DNA of 64,000 nt from Patescibacteria group bacterium. GTDB taxonomy: Bacteria > Patescibacteriota > Minisyncoccia > Phycocordibacterales > SBAW01. Made by a program: the position numbers and the translations under genes. Under the pieces are notes generated by a model that did no database searches, was not told where the DNA came from, and worked only from the letters and a program-made list of their open reading frames with translations. The stretch is from NCBI GenBank assembly GCA_019752125.1, contig JAIEMM010000002.1, positions 3,062 through 67,061 on the forward strand, written 5' to 3'. How positions within the stretch are numbered: the first letter of the stretch is position 1; each line of letters starts with the position of its first letter. Positions 19,957 to 36,623 of the stretch are shown here, one piece after another.

Positions 19957-20496
19957 TCAGACAAGGGAGGTTTCGAAGGTGAGAACATAGGGCTTCAACC
20001 CCTTCGGTAGAGGCGACACTTCACGAAGACGCTCCATGAAAAACTCGAGCGCAAGCACTTCGTGTTCATTAACCCGATCAAGGGGAAGAACTGCCGGAGG
20101 GTCGGGGCGTTGCAGTTTTACCAAAACGCCGTCCTCGAACGTAATAAACAACCCCCTGTGCCACCTGCACTCAATCTGTACAGTTTCAACCAGACCGCGG
20201 CCGTTTTGCCAGGCAGCAGTATGTTCAATCCGTACGCGGTCATTGTACACATGGCTCTGGTTCCGGATGCCGCGTGGCCCAACAATGGTGCGCTCCACTT
20301 CAAATTTACTCAGATCAACTGAGGCAAGATCTTCAAGGTGGAGATTGGAAAAACCCCAGATGCGTCTCCAAACTACCTCGAGGCGATCACGTGCCCGGAG
20401 ACACTTGAGCCATAGCCACGCGACGATAATAGCGAGAACCATATGGTGGATGTACCAACGCTGGAAGCGATTATGTAGTGATTGTACAAGCGACAT
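19957..20496 (-). CDS. Orphan protein, probable paralog of 19405..19848
   Basis: AAGGGGG SD; shared motif pattern. Confidence 0.65.
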   Translation of the reverse strand: MSLVQSLHNRFQRWYIHHMVLAIIVAWLWLKCLRARDRLEVVWRRIWGFSNLHLEDLASVDLSKFEVERTIVGPRGIRNQSHVYNDRVRIEHTAAWQNGRGLVETVQIECRWHRGLFITFEDGVLVKLQRPDPPAVLPLDRVNEHEVLALEFFMERLREVSPLPKGLKPYVLTFETSLV

Positions 20497-20576
20497 AGTC
20501 GCCCCCTTTCCGGCCATTTCTGGCCTAATTGATTCAAAGAACCTGCAAAAAGATTACAGGGTAAAACTAGTCCGGT

Positions 20577-21833
20577 CTAGTAGCTGCGGAGGCGCTTAGC
20601 CTTGTCGTGAGTGCGGATGCGCTCAAGGGCTTTTGCTTCAATCTGGCGAATGCGTTCGCGCGTAACGCCGAACTTCTTACCTACTTCTTCAAGTGTATGG
20701 TAGATGCCGTCTTCAAGGCCGTGGCGGAGTTTCAAAATTTCGCGCTCTTTTGGAGAAAGCTCGTCGAGGATCTCGTGGAGCTGGTCGCCCAAGATGCGGC
20801 GAGACACTTCCTGGTCTGGAGAAAGGATTTTGTCATCTTTAATAAAGTCGCCGAGTACTGACTTTCCGTCATCGTCATCTGAACCAACTGGGCTTTCAAG
20901 CGAGACAGTATCTTGGTCGATCTTTTCAATTTGGTAAATCTTATCTACATCGACACCCATTTCAAGTGCAATTTCTTCAGCAAGTGGGTCGCGGCCAAGG
21001 TCTTGTGCCAAGCGACGTGAGACTTGCTTGTATTTAGCGATAGTTTCAACCATGTGCACCGGAATGCGGATGGTGCGGCTTTGGTCGGCGAGGGCGCGTG
21101 TAATAGCCTGGCGGATCCACCAGGTGGCATACGTTGAGAATTTGTATCCCTTTGTATAGTCGAATTTATCTACGGCTTTAAAGAGGCCAAGGTTCCCTTC
21201 CTGAATAAGGTCCAAAAGTGTAAGGTCAGGAGAGCGGCCTACGTATTTCTTTGCAATAGAAACCACCAAACGGAGGTTTGCGCGAGCAAGCAAGTTACGA
21301 GCTTCGCCGTCCCCTTCTACAATGCGTTTCGCGTAGTCGCGCTCTTGCTGAGCATTAAGCAGCGGGTAGCGGCCGATTTCACGGAGATACATCTGGATAG
21401 AATCGTATGAAGAGTCGGAGCGAGAATAGCCTTTCTCAAGCGGCTCAGATTCAATCTCAAGCATGCCGCCCCCTTCGAGTACGTCGATGTGTGCGGTTGA
21501 GAATTTGTCGTACAACTCTTCAAGAAAATCGACATCGGTTTCGATATTTGGAAATACTTTCAGAATTTCATCATAGGTAACGAAGCCACGCTGACGACCG
21601 CTCGCCATCAACGTTTCTGCTTTTTTATTTTGGTCGTTCTGTTTTTTAGCAGCCGCAGGACTTACTTTGACTACCGCGGGCTTTACTTTCTTTGCAGGAG
21701 ATTTTTTAGGAGCAACCTTGGCGCGGCGTTTTGCTGCAGCAGCACGAAAATTCTTCGCTTTTACAATAACGCTTTTAGCACGCTTCGCTGCCTTCGCAGG
21801 TTTGCGTTTTACTGCCTTTTTAGTTTTCGCCAT
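20577..21833 (-). CDS. rpoD: Primary sigma factor RpoD with Lys/Ala-rich N-terminus
   Basis: Region 1.2 YLREIG; [13 protein letters not shown]; DLIQEGN; [14 protein letters not shown]; TRERIRQIE. Confidence 0.96.
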   Translation of the reverse strand: MAKTKKAVKRKPAKAAKRAKSVIVKAKNFRAAAAKRRAKVAPKKSPAKKVKPAVVKVSPAAAKKQNDQNKKAETLMASGRQRGFVTYDEILKVFPNIETDVDFLEELYDKFSTAHIDVLEGGGMLEIESEPLEKGYSRSDSSYDSIQMYLREIGRYPLLNAQQERDYAKRIVEGDGEARNLLARANLRLVVSIAKKYVGRSPDLTLLDLIQEGNLGLFKAVDKFDYTKGYKFSTYATWWIRQAITRALADQSRTIRIPVHMVETIAKYKQVSRRLAQDLGRDPLAEEIALEMGVDVDKIYQIEKIDQDTVSLESPVGSDDDDGKSVLGDFIKDDKILSPDQEVSRRILGDQLHEILDELSPKEREILKLRHGLEDGIYHTLEEVGKKFGVTRERIRQIEAKALERIRTHDKAKRLRSY

Positions 21834-21860
21834 ATTTGAAAATAATATACCAGAAAAACC

Positions 21861-23633
21861 CTATTTGCGCAATTCCTGCTGGCGTTTTTTAAGCGTTGCC
21901 AGCTTCTGCATTAACATACCCTGAGCCTCAGGAAGCGCTGCGTAAAGTTCATCTCGAACTCGGGCCATTTCCTCATCTATAAGACCCCGCTCAAGAACCT
22001 CGAGCAATTCTGCCACAATAGCATTTTTGTCCTCTCCCAACGATTCAAACTCAAAACGAAACTTTTCTGCACCGTCGGCGAATGCGTGCTCGATGTGCTC
22101 TTTGCGAGAAGCTCCTAGTAATGTTTCTACACGTTGCTTAGTACTTTCGTCTGTATCATAAAATAGCAGCAACGCAGCGGTGCGCTCCAAAGAAGAAGGT
22201 TGGTTCCCTGTTTCTACTGCCGCAGGAGTATCGCCTTCGACTTCGTTTATAGACAATACCGGTCGCTTTATAACTTCTGCATGAATTGCCGCCTCAGGCA
22301 CGCGCAAACGTCCTGCAACCGTGCGAGTAAAATGCGCTTGTTCTATCTTGCTTTGAATGGCTGCGATAAGTGGAACAACCTGCGCTTCTACAAGTTTTGC
22401 GTAGGCACGTTCATCTCGTGCCTGAGGACGGAGTACGTCCAAGAAAAATTCTATCGAGGCTTTTGACGTGCGGATTGCCTGCTTTAGTGACTCTGAATCT
22501 TCTTTAGCAATATCTGCAGGATCTTTTCCATCTTTAAAATTTGGAATCTTTACATCAAAACCCATCTTGAGCGCCATCTGTGCACTCTTAAGGCCAGCAC
22601 GAATACCAGCCGCATCACCATCGAGCGCGAGTACAAGGCGTTTTGAATATCGCGAGAGAAGAGAGAGATGTTCTTCAGTAATTGCTGTACCAGAACTTGC
22701 GACAGCGAATGGAAGGCCGGACTGGTGGCTCATAATGACATCGAACTGTCCTTCTACGAGCAACACACAATCTGCCTTGCGGATAAAATTCTTTGCCTTA
22801 TCCAATCCATACAGCACGCGCGATTTTTTAAAGATCGGAGTTTCAGGACTGTTTACATATTTTGCCGGTTCAGCCCGCGGTTCCGGAGCCCGCAAAGTCC
22901 CTTCGGGACCGCGGGCCTGGGCTTTGCGGGCTTCGCCTTCCATCTCTTCAAAGAATCTGCCTGAAAACGCGATAACCTTCCCTCCCGCGTCAAACAGCGG
23001 GAACATAATGCGCCCACGAAATCGGTCATATATGCTATCGGGCGAGGTCCGACCTCCCCCATTAGTGGCGAGGTCGGACCTCGCTGGATTAACCGCAAGG
23101 CCTGCTTCAATAATTAAATCTTTGCTATATCCTTTTTTTATTAAATATTCAGAAAGGTCGCGCCAATGCGCTGGCGCATATCCTATTCTCCAACTCTCAA
23201 TAGTTTCGTCTGTGACTCCGCGCTTTTCTTTTAGATATTCCAAAACGTCTGACCTCTTTTTGAGTTCATCTTGAAAGAACGCAGTTGCATCTTCAGACAC
23301 ATCGCGCAGTTGTTCTTCTTTTTCCTTATCTTCTTGTCGTGGAACGTAGGTGTTCTTCAGCACCACACCTGCCTTTGTCGCGAGTTGCTGAAGCGCAGTT
23401 TTAAAATCTATATGTTCTATTTTTTCAACAAAGGTAAAGATGTCGCCCTTCTCGCCACATCCAAAACAAATGTAACTCCCACGCTCTGGTGAAATCATGA
23501 ATGACGGCGTTTTTTCTTTATGAAACGGACAGCGCGCACGCATATTCCTCCCCGCCCGTTCGAGTTTTACATACTCTCCCACCACATCCTGGATAGAAAG
23601 CTTGTCTTTTATCTCCTGTACCTGCGAGTCCAT
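21861..23633 (-). CDS. dnaG: DNA primase
   Basis: CPFH.EKTPSF Zn finger; DRFRGRIMFP; KYVNSPET; VEGQFD; DGD; two hairpin-coded insertions. Confidence 0.96.
   Translation of the reverse strand: MDSQVQEIKDKLSIQDVVGEYVKLERAGRNMRARCPFHKEKTPSFMISPERGSYICFGCGEKGDIFTFVEKIEHIDFKTALQQLATKAGVVLKNTYVPRQEDKEKEEQLRDVSEDATAFFQDELKKRSDVLEYLKEKRGVTDETIESWRIGYAPAHWRDLSEYLIKKGYSKDLIIEAGLAVNPARSDLATNGGGRTSPDSIYDRFRGRIMFPLFDAGGKVIAFSGRFFEEMEGEARKAQARGPEGTLRAPEPRAEPAKYVNSPETPIFKKSRVLYGLDKAKNFIRKADCVLLVEGQFDVIMSHQSGLPFAVASSGTAITEEHLSLLSRYSKRLVLALDGDAAGIRAGLKSAQMALKMGFDVKIPNFKDGKDPADIAKEDSESLKQAIRTSKASIEFFLDVLRPQARDERAYAKLVEAQVVPLIAAIQSKIEQAHFTRTVAGRLRVPEAAIHAEVIKRPVLSINEVEGDTPAAVETGNQPSSLERTAALLLFYDTDESTKQRVETLLGASRKEHIEHAFADGAEKFRFEFESLGEDKNAIVAELLEVLERGLIDEEMARVRDELYAALPEAQGMLMQKLATLKKRQQELRK
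22873..22932. repeat. Intragenic hairpin insertion in dnaG
   Basis: AGCCCGCAAAG/CTTTGCGGGCT stem, GTCCC-TTCG-GGAC loop; lies within ARKAQARGPEGTLRAPEPRA. Confidence 0.75.
23044..23084. repeat. Palindrome family B doublet in dnaG
   Basis: GAGGTCCGACCTC ... GCGAGGTCGGACCTCGC; encodes ARSDLATNGGGRTS. Confidence 0.88.
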
Positions 23634-23675
23634 CGTGTGCCTATTCTAGCCGTTTTTTCGTCTTTGCGGAGGTAC

Positions 23676-23705
23676 TTGACAAAATATATTAGTATATTGT
23701 AGAAT
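23676..23705 (+). promoter_or_regulatory. Sigma70 promoter
   Basis: TTGACA-N18-TAGAAT. Confidence 0.65.
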
Positions 23706-23732
23706 TCAGGCCGGACCTACAAGGAGGATCCG

Positions 23733-23891
23733 ATGTCGAAGCGAGAAGAACTCTTGGTGCAGGCCAGTGAGGCCGAGTCCAGCGCCAGGTCGCGTGCCAA
23801 GTATGATGATCACTCCGGCGCCGAGCAACTTCGGGCCACCGCCGCGCGGCTTCGCAAGGAAGCCGACGAATTGCCCAAGGAAGAATGGTGA
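23733..23891 (+). CDS. Orphan 52-aa helical protein (not in ORF track)
   Basis: AAGGAGG SD; MSKREELLVQASEAESSARSRAKYDDHSGAEQLRATAARLRKEADELPKEEW; own promoter and terminator. Confidence 0.75.
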   Translation: MSKREELLVQASEAESSARSRAKYDDHSGAEQLRATAARLRKEADELPKEEW

Positions 23892-23908
23892 TCTCCCAGG
23901 TACGAACA

Positions 23909-23950
23909 AGGCCGCGCAACCCAACTGGGAAGCGCGGCCTCAATCTTTTT
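23909..23950 (+). terminator. Intrinsic terminator
   Basis: AGGCCGCGC...GCGCGGCCT then T-rich tract. Confidence 0.6.
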
Positions 23951-23986
23951 ATATTCTATATTTTACTTGTAGTGAACGCAGTCGAA

Positions 23987-30880
<6,894 letters not shown>

Positions 30881-31075
30881 GGGCTGATAAATGCACGTAG
30901 TACTAAATGCGAAAAAGTGGGCGCGTAAAACGCTCCCCCGCTTGGGCTTATTGCCGTTGCTCCTTCTTGGTCTATAACCTGACCACTATGTAAACTTGTT
31001 TTGAAACCAAGCCCTCAAAACTCATTCTACTCTTCTAGCTTTCGCCTCAGAGTGCCCCGCCTTGTTTCGTTAACC

Positions 31076-31103
31076 AGTATACCCCTCCCGTCGTTCACGT
31101 CAA
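31076..31103 (-). promoter_or_regulatory. Probable rpoBC promoter with ~200-nt leader
   Basis: TTGACG-N16-TATACT. Confidence 0.5.
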
Positions 31104-31187
31104 GTTTATCTGCCGCTAGGCAGGCTCATGTGGGTAAAATAAAAGACCGCCCTACCCTGGAGGGGTAGAACGGTCGAGATTGAAGGG

Positions 31188-31412
31188 CTACTTGCCCACG
31201 CCGACCGCGGAAGGAGCCCCGAGAGGCTGCCAACCTTTTTCGGTCATCACCTGCAACGGGCCGGCTTCGACCACGGGCTTACCCTGACAGTGCGGATTCC
31301 GCGCACAGAGCTTGACCCCGAAGGCACCCCTCACCTTGAGAGAGCCGCAGCCACAGGATTCGCCCGACCGAGCCGGAGCCGGAGCCGCGATCAGATTGGT
31401 TCGCTTTGCCAT
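31188..31412 (-). CDS. Orphan small Cys-containing protein
   Basis: CGC...CARNPHC; followed by GACCG...CGGTC hairpin and T-run. Confidence 0.5.
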   Translation of the reverse strand: MAKRTNLIAAPAPARSGESCGCGSLKVRGAFGVKLCARNPHCQGKPVVEAGPLQVMTEKGWQPLGAPSAVGVGK

Positions 31413-31449
31413 TGTCTTGAACTCACTATTTTCTGGGTTGGAGAGTCGA

Positions 31450-31581
31450 TTACTTCTGGTTCATGCCCTTGGCAGACTTGTCCTGGGGCTGACTGCCCCA
31501 GAACTTGTCCTCCTTCACTCCCGACGAACACCCACCGTTGGGGACCTTTTGCATGCCCTTAGCAAATTTCGGCTTCGCCAT
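31450..31581 (-). CDS. Orphan 43-aa basic peptide (not in ORF track)
   Basis: AAGGGA SD; MAKPKFAKGMQKVPNGGCSSGVKEDKFWGSQPQDKSAKGMNQK. Confidence 0.5.
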   Translation of the reverse strand: MAKPKFAKGMQKVPNGGCSSGVKEDKFWGSQPQDKSAKGMNQK

Positions 31582-31705
31582 TTTGAACGTTCCCTTGTTG
31601 GAAGAACAATCTATAGAAAATATGTAAGGTTTGGACCCTCACATAACGATGACCATACTCCTCATCAAATCTTCAGTCAACGGAAGTTATAAACCTTTCC
31701 CTCGA

Positions 31706-32422
31706 CTACGCTCGGGGCAAACCACTCTGGCGCTTGGTGCGTTGAGTATCTATATTTGCGTGATGGCCTGAAAGTAGGACCTTCGGCACGCGATATTCTT
31801 TCTTCTTGTGAGTGAATACTTCAGGGCGAGTGTAGACATCGTGGCTTGCAACACGTTCCTCTTCCAACGATTCAAACTTGCCTAAAACACCCTTAATCTG
31901 ACGTGCAGTCGAATCAATAATAGTAAGCGCTGGAACTTCCCCGCCGGTCAAAATATACGGACCGACTGAAATCTCTTCCGCTTTCAAAATCTTCTTTACG
32001 CGGGCATCAATCCCCTCGTATCTGCCGCACAAAATAATCACTTCTTTTTCTTTTGCGAGTTTCTTAGCGTATGCATTAGTAAACTCCTTCCCACCCGCCG
32101 AAGTGATAAGAATTTTTGGTCTTGCTTGTCTAGTCCCATATATGGGACTAGATTTCGATTTACCCGTTATTTTTTCTACTGCTTTGATGAACGGCCCTGC
32201 CTGCAGCACCATGCCCGGGCCGCCGCCGTACGCTTTGTCGTCTACTTTTTTATAAAACCACTCTTTTGTCCCGCGAACTCCCTTTGCAGGAGCGCTCACA
32301 AAATCACGCAGTTGGTACGCCTTAACGCTCAGAAGTTTGTTTTTCTGGGCACGCCCCAAAATAGACGCGCTTGTATACGCTTCAATAACCTCTGGGAAGA
32401 GTGTTACTACGTGAAATTTCAT
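31706..32422 (-). CDS. trmD: tRNA (guanine37-N1)-methyltransferase
   Basis: VTLFPE, VDDKAYGGGPGMV, CGRYEGIDAR, ILTGGE, YTRP, VLLSGHH. Confidence 0.96.
   Translation of the reverse strand: MKFHVVTLFPEVIEAYTSASILGRAQKNKLLSVKAYQLRDFVSAPAKGVRGTKEWFYKKVDDKAYGGGPGMVLQAGPFIKAVEKITGKSKSSPIYGTRQARPKILITSAGGKEFTNAYAKKLAKEKEVIILCGRYEGIDARVKKILKAEEISVGPYILTGGEVPALTIIDSTARQIKGVLGKFESLEEERVASHDVYTRPEVFTHKKKEYRVPKVLLSGHHANIDTQRTKRQSGLPRA
32129..32152. repeat. Palindrome family C in trmD
   Basis: TCTAGTCCCATATATGGGACTAGA, perfect 24-bp palindrome encoding SSPIYGTR. Confidence 0.92.
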
Positions 32423-32509
32423 AATTCGCACAATACCATAGTTTTATTGCATTCATAGGCTCGAATGCTATAGTGCGCGCAGTAGCACATCAACTGGAAA
32501 GGACATCGA

Positions 32510-33403
32510 ATGTGCATTCTGCGTGATGGAACTATGTGCATCCTTCTTTCGCGAGGCGAACAGTTGGCGCAGCACAATTTCGAGGAGCGTAAGGGGCCTT
32601 ACCCCAAAGCGCTCGCCGACCGCCTGCACGAGCAAGGAATCATGACTCGTGATGAACATCTACGGCAGAGTCTGCTCCGGCGAAAGGAGCATATCGAAAG
32701 GTATGCTCAGCAGGGGCCTAGACGCTTCTATCTGGGAATGGACTGTTCTGCTGAAGAGAATGCGTTCATTCATGGGAAGTCTCATGCCTTGCAGGCGGAT
32801 TTTTTCTTCCCGCGTGAACTGTGGGGCCCGATGTTTGAAGGTTTTACAGAACTCCGCAGACAACGCTTCCGCACCCACCTCACCAACTGGCATGGCACTG
32901 CGGAGCAGGCACTGTTTCTACTATCGTACCCCGAGTTCGAGAAATGGTTCGATGAATGTGTACCGAACGAAAAGGAACACGGCCGCAAGAAACGTATCCT
33001 AATCGACCGCGTACTTGCAAACACGAAACTGCTCACGAAAGTCACACAGACAGCTTCGACCCACACGCTGGGCATCATTGCTGAGCGGATGTTCTTCGAC
33101 CTTTCAAGCAACAACGTCACACTTTGGAACAGCGGCGTCCTTGCAATGATCGTCCAAGCGCTTCCGGAACAGCATCGACACCACTTTGAAAGGCTTGGCA
33201 GGATGCGCACCACGCTCCACGCCCTGCCCGAAAATGGTCCGTCGAAAATTTCTGCACACAGTAAGCGTCAAGCGATCAAGAAGCATGTCCGAATTTGCGC
33301 CTATCTGCTCCGAGGCAACCCCTCTATCGTGCGAGACGCTATCAAGCACATAGTTGATAGTCTGACTGCGTCGCAGACACACTCAACCGCGCTCGCCGCC
33401 TGA
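32510..33403 (+). CDS. Orphan hypothetical protein
   Basis: 297-aa ORF; TTGCAT-N16-TATAGT and AAGGA upstream; terminator downstream. Confidence 0.65.
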   Translation: MCILRDGTMCILLSRGEQLAQHNFEERKGPYPKALADRLHEQGIMTRDEHLRQSLLRRKEHIERYAQQGPRRFYLGMDCSAEENAFIHGKSHALQADFFFPRELWGPMFEGFTELRRQRFRTHLTNWHGTAEQALFLLSYPEFEKWFDECVPNEKEHGRKKRILIDRVLANTKLLTKVTQTASTHTLGIIAERMFFDLSSNNVTLWNSGVLAMIVQALPEQHRHHFERLGRMRTTLHALPENGPSKISAHSKRQAIKKHVRICAYLLRGNPSIVRDAIKHIVDSLTASQTHSTALAA

Positions 33404-33409
33404 ACAAAC

Positions 33410-33445
33410 AACGCCCCGGAGTTATCCGAGGCGTTTTTTCTTTTT
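33410..33445 (+). terminator. Intrinsic terminator
   Basis: ACGCCCCGGA-GTTA-TCCGAGGCGT then T-run. Confidence 0.7.
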
Positions 33446-33459
33446 AGAAATTTGAGAGA

Positions 33460-33834
33460 TTAAAAATTACCCAAGCTGTCCATTGCTTCATCAATAGACT
33501 TCATCTGTGGAGTTGTAGGAGCTTCGTGAGTTCCATCCCAACCAGTGTTAGCGCTGCCGCCACCATGTTCTGCTGAACGCACGCCGCCTACTGGTTCGTT
33601 AATTTTCAAGTTAACGCGGGCGTTGTGCTTCATGCCGACAACGCGGAGAAGCGTGCGGATTGCCTTTGCGGTATTGCCCGAACGGCCGATGACTTTGCCC
33701 ATATCTTCTTGATTGAGATCAAGCATAAGGAGCACGCCCATCTCGTCTACGGTGCGAGTGATCTTAACGTCTTCCGGGTGGTCAACCAAACCCTTAACGA
33801 CAAACTCCAAAAACTCCTGATCTTTTTCTGTCAT
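33460..33834 (-). CDS. khpA: KH-domain RNA-binding protein (KhpA/YlqC)
   Basis: LVDHPEDV, DMGKVIGRSG.TAKAIRT; rpsP-KH-trmD synteny. Confidence 0.88.
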   Translation of the reverse strand: MTEKDQEFLEFVVKGLVDHPEDVKITRTVDEMGVLLMLDLNQEDMGKVIGRSGNTAKAIRTLLRVVGMKHNARVNLKINEPVGGVRSAEHGGGSANTGWDGTHEAPTTPQMKSIDEAMDSLGNF

Positions 33835-33875
33835 CTCTGAATATTTAATTGTAGTAATTGAGCACTACCTGAAGT

Positions 33876-34271
33876 TTAGGCTTGTGGAGCTTCCTGCGCA
33901 ACTGAATTATCCTCAGGTGTCGTTTCTGTTGGAGCAGCGGCTTCTTCAACTACTGCAGCTGGTGCTGGAGTTTCTGCAGGGGCTTCGGCAACTGGAGCTG
34001 CTTTGAACGCTGGAAGAATGTTTATCTTCTTTGCGTCAATTATTTTTTGAGATACGAGGAGGTTGTGTACGGTGTCAGAAACTGTTGCGCCTTGTGACAT
34101 CCAGTGTTTGATGCGCTCTCCGTTAAGTTCAACACGGTTCATTTTCGGATTGTAAGAACCAACCATTTCGGTGTATTTACCTGGTTGTGGCTTGCGTTTG
34201 CTTTCAACGACAATAACCCGGTATGACGGGTCGTTCTTTCTTCCTACGCGGCTGAGTCTGATGGTCAACAT
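33876..34271 (-). CDS. rpsP: 30S ribosomal protein S16
   Basis: MLTIRLSRVGRKNDPSYRVIV, GSYNP, GAT.SDTV; Ala/Pro/Glu tail. Confidence 0.95.
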   Translation of the reverse strand: MLTIRLSRVGRKNDPSYRVIVVESKRKPQPGKYTEMVGSYNPKMNRVELNGERIKHWMSQGATVSDTVHNLLVSQKIIDAKKINILPAFKAAPVAEAPAETPAPAAVVEEAAAPTETTPEDNSVAQEAPQA

Positions 34272-34362
34272 ATGTTCTAAGTAAAATGCCCCTCGTGGGG
34301 ATGGCGATACTCTAGCAGGATGCTGGTAAAACGTCAATGAATGCGCTAGTATACGCTTATTA

Positions 34363-36333
34363 ATGCCTCCCGAACGACGTGTTTCGCCTAGTCAGGCGGA
34401 GAAAAAGACCATTTCAGGAATTGTGCAGGTAACCCGCAAAGGTGTGGGCTATATGCCCATATCTGCTGACGCTCCTAAGAAGAAATCTTCGGACGATATC
34501 GAGATATTTCCTGAAAAACTTAACGGTGCACTGAACGGCGACCACGTTGAAGTTGAACTACTTTCCGTCTTCCCCCGCCCTCGCGGCCGCGTTAAGAAAA
34601 TCGTACAGCGCGCGAAAACTCGTTTCGTATGCACCCTTCGAGTCGTCACAGGAAAACATGTTGCCGTCGCAGACGACATGCGCTTCCCTAAGCCCATCGA
34701 AATCGTAAATTCAAAAGAAGACAAGGAAGGCACGAAAGTTTTAGTCGAACTCACTTCATTCGATGGGGAGAAGGCTGTGGGTAAAATCGTAGAAGTGATA
34801 GGCGCTGCAGGAGAACATCGTGTCGAGATGAACGCCATCGTTCTTGAACACGGGTTTGAAACTCAGTTCCCTCCTGAAGTATTAGCGCAGGCACAGGATA
34901 TAGAAAAGAATCACGCAAAGATAATTGCAGGCGAAGCCGGGAAGCGCACAGACTTCCGCAACAAACTTACATTCACCATCGACCCTGTTGATGCAAAAGA
35001 CTTCGACGATGCACTTTCCATTGAACAAATCGATGCAGATACATACGAGATAGGCGTACATATTGCAGATGCATCATATTTCGTGCGTCCAGGCACAGCA
35101 CTCGACGACGAGGCTATAAAGCGCGGCACGAGCGTCTACTTGGTTGACGCGACTATTCCTATGCTTCCGCACGAGCTCTCTGGAAATGTATGCAGCTTGA
35201 AGGCAGATGAAGACAGACTCGCCTTCTCAGCAATCTTCAATATCACTACAAAAGGAGAAGTTCTTAGCCGCCGTTTTGAGAAAACTATCATTCGTTCCAA
35301 CAAGCGTTTTACCTACGAGCAAGCCCAGGAAATTTTGGACGGAAAAGTGTCTGCTCCAGAATATGCACCAGCTTTGAATACTCTCTGGTCTATCGCGCAG
35401 ATTCTCCGCAAAGAAAAAACTAACCGAGGCGCAATAGACTTTGGCGACAATGAGGTTCGCTTTACACTTGATGAGAACGGCACCCCTATTGGCGTTGTGC
35501 GCAAAGAGCGCATCGATACAAACCTTTTGATCGAAGAATTCATGCTTTTAGCAAACCGTGAAGTCGCAAAGTATGTCTCAAAACTTGCTGAGAAAAATCC
35601 TGAACATGGTTTCGTATTTTTGTACCGCATCCACGACGACCCTAAGCCCGACCGCATCGATGAACTCGCAACCTTCGTTCGCGCTATTGGATATGACTTT
35701 GGTCAAAATAAAAAGAAGCCAACAGCAAAAGATATTGCGAAGTTGTTGAAAGACATCGAGGGCACGCCTGAAGAACATCTTATCCGCACAGCAACGCTGC
35801 GCAGTATGGCGAAGGCAATTTACTCGACGCGCAACATCGGCCACTTCGGATTAGCGTTCGACTACTACACACACTTTACCTCTCCTATCCGCCGCTACCC
35901 GGACGTGCTTGTACACCGCATACTGGCATCCCACCTCGACGGGCACCCTATAACACGCAAAGAATATATATCTCTTGAAAAGATGTGCATTGCTGCGAGC
36001 GAACGCGAAGCGAAAGCGGTCTCTGCTGAACGCGACTCTATCCGCTACAAACAAGTTGAATATTTGAGCGCACGCATCGGACAGGAATTTGATGCAATAG
36101 TTTCCGGCGTCACAGACTGGGGTATGTACGTGGAAGATAAAGAAACTGCATCGGAAGGTCTCGTACGTATGCGCTCACTTGAAGGAGATTTCTTTGAACA
36201 TCGTCCAAAAGAATATGCGGTTGTTGGCCAGCGCACACAAAAAAAATACGCGCTCGGAGATTCCGTGCGCGTAAAACTTGTGGCTGCCGACTTAGCGGCT
36301 AGGACTGCGGACTTTGAGCTGGTCAGCGCCTGA
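34363..36333 (+). CDS. rnr: Ribonuclease R (RNB family)
   Basis: TIDPVDAKDFDDA, GVHIAD, LIEEFMLLAN, YTHFTSPIRRYPD, C-terminal S1. Confidence 0.95.
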   Translation: MPPERRVSPSQAEKKTISGIVQVTRKGVGYMPISADAPKKKSSDDIEIFPEKLNGALNGDHVEVELLSVFPRPRGRVKKIVQRAKTRFVCTLRVVTGKHVAVADDMRFPKPIEIVNSKEDKEGTKVLVELTSFDGEKAVGKIVEVIGAAGEHRVEMNAIVLEHGFETQFPPEVLAQAQDIEKNHAKIIAGEAGKRTDFRNKLTFTIDPVDAKDFDDALSIEQIDADTYEIGVHIADASYFVRPGTALDDEAIKRGTSVYLVDATIPMLPHELSGNVCSLKADEDRLAFSAIFNITTKGEVLSRRFEKTIIRSNKRFTYEQAQEILDGKVSAPEYAPALNTLWSIAQILRKEKTNRGAIDFGDNEVRFTLDENGTPIGVVRKERIDTNLLIEEFMLLANREVAKYVSKLAEKNPEHGFVFLYRIHDDPKPDRIDELATFVRAIGYDFGQNKKKPTAKDIAKLLKDIEGTPEEHLIRTATLRSMAKAIYSTRNIGHFGLAFDYYTHFTSPIRRYPDVLVHRILASHLDGHPITRKEYISLEKMCIAASEREAKAVSAERDSIRYKQVEYLSARIGQEFDAIVSGVTDWGMYVEDKETASEGLVRMRSLEGDFFEHRPKEYAVVGQRTQKKYALGDSVRVKLVAADLAARTADFELVSA

Positions 36334-36574
36334 TATCGTAACTCAGGCTGCCGCCATTGGTCGATGGGTCGCGAGAGATAAACCGATGTGGCTCGTGTGA
36401 AAGCTTGCACGATGCATAGAACACCGGCATCTTTGCCTCGGTCGGCAACTGACTTATGGCGCCGAATTCTCGGACACCGTTGATTCCGTGCCCTTGGCAG
36501 ATAACCCTACCATCTTGTTGCGAGAGGAGAAAAGCTCCGTCCGGGGTGTAGACTTCGACAATTCTAGCTTTCAT
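36323..36574 (-). CDS. Orphan small protein
   Basis: AAGGGAG SD before ATG; 83 aa. Confidence 0.45.
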   Translation of the reverse strand: MKARIVEVYTPDGAFLLSQQDGRVICQGHGINGVREFGAISQLPTEAKMPVFYASCKLSHEPHRFISRDPSTNGGSLSYDIRR

Positions 36575-36623
36575 TCGGAACGCTCCCTTGTGAACTCCTG
36601 AGTCCGACTATACACCCGATTTT

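Noticed and set aside
31699-31718. CCCTCGACTACGCTCGGGG REP-like hairpin overlapping the trmD stop
   Set aside because: Single imperfect copy in the window; not enough to call a family
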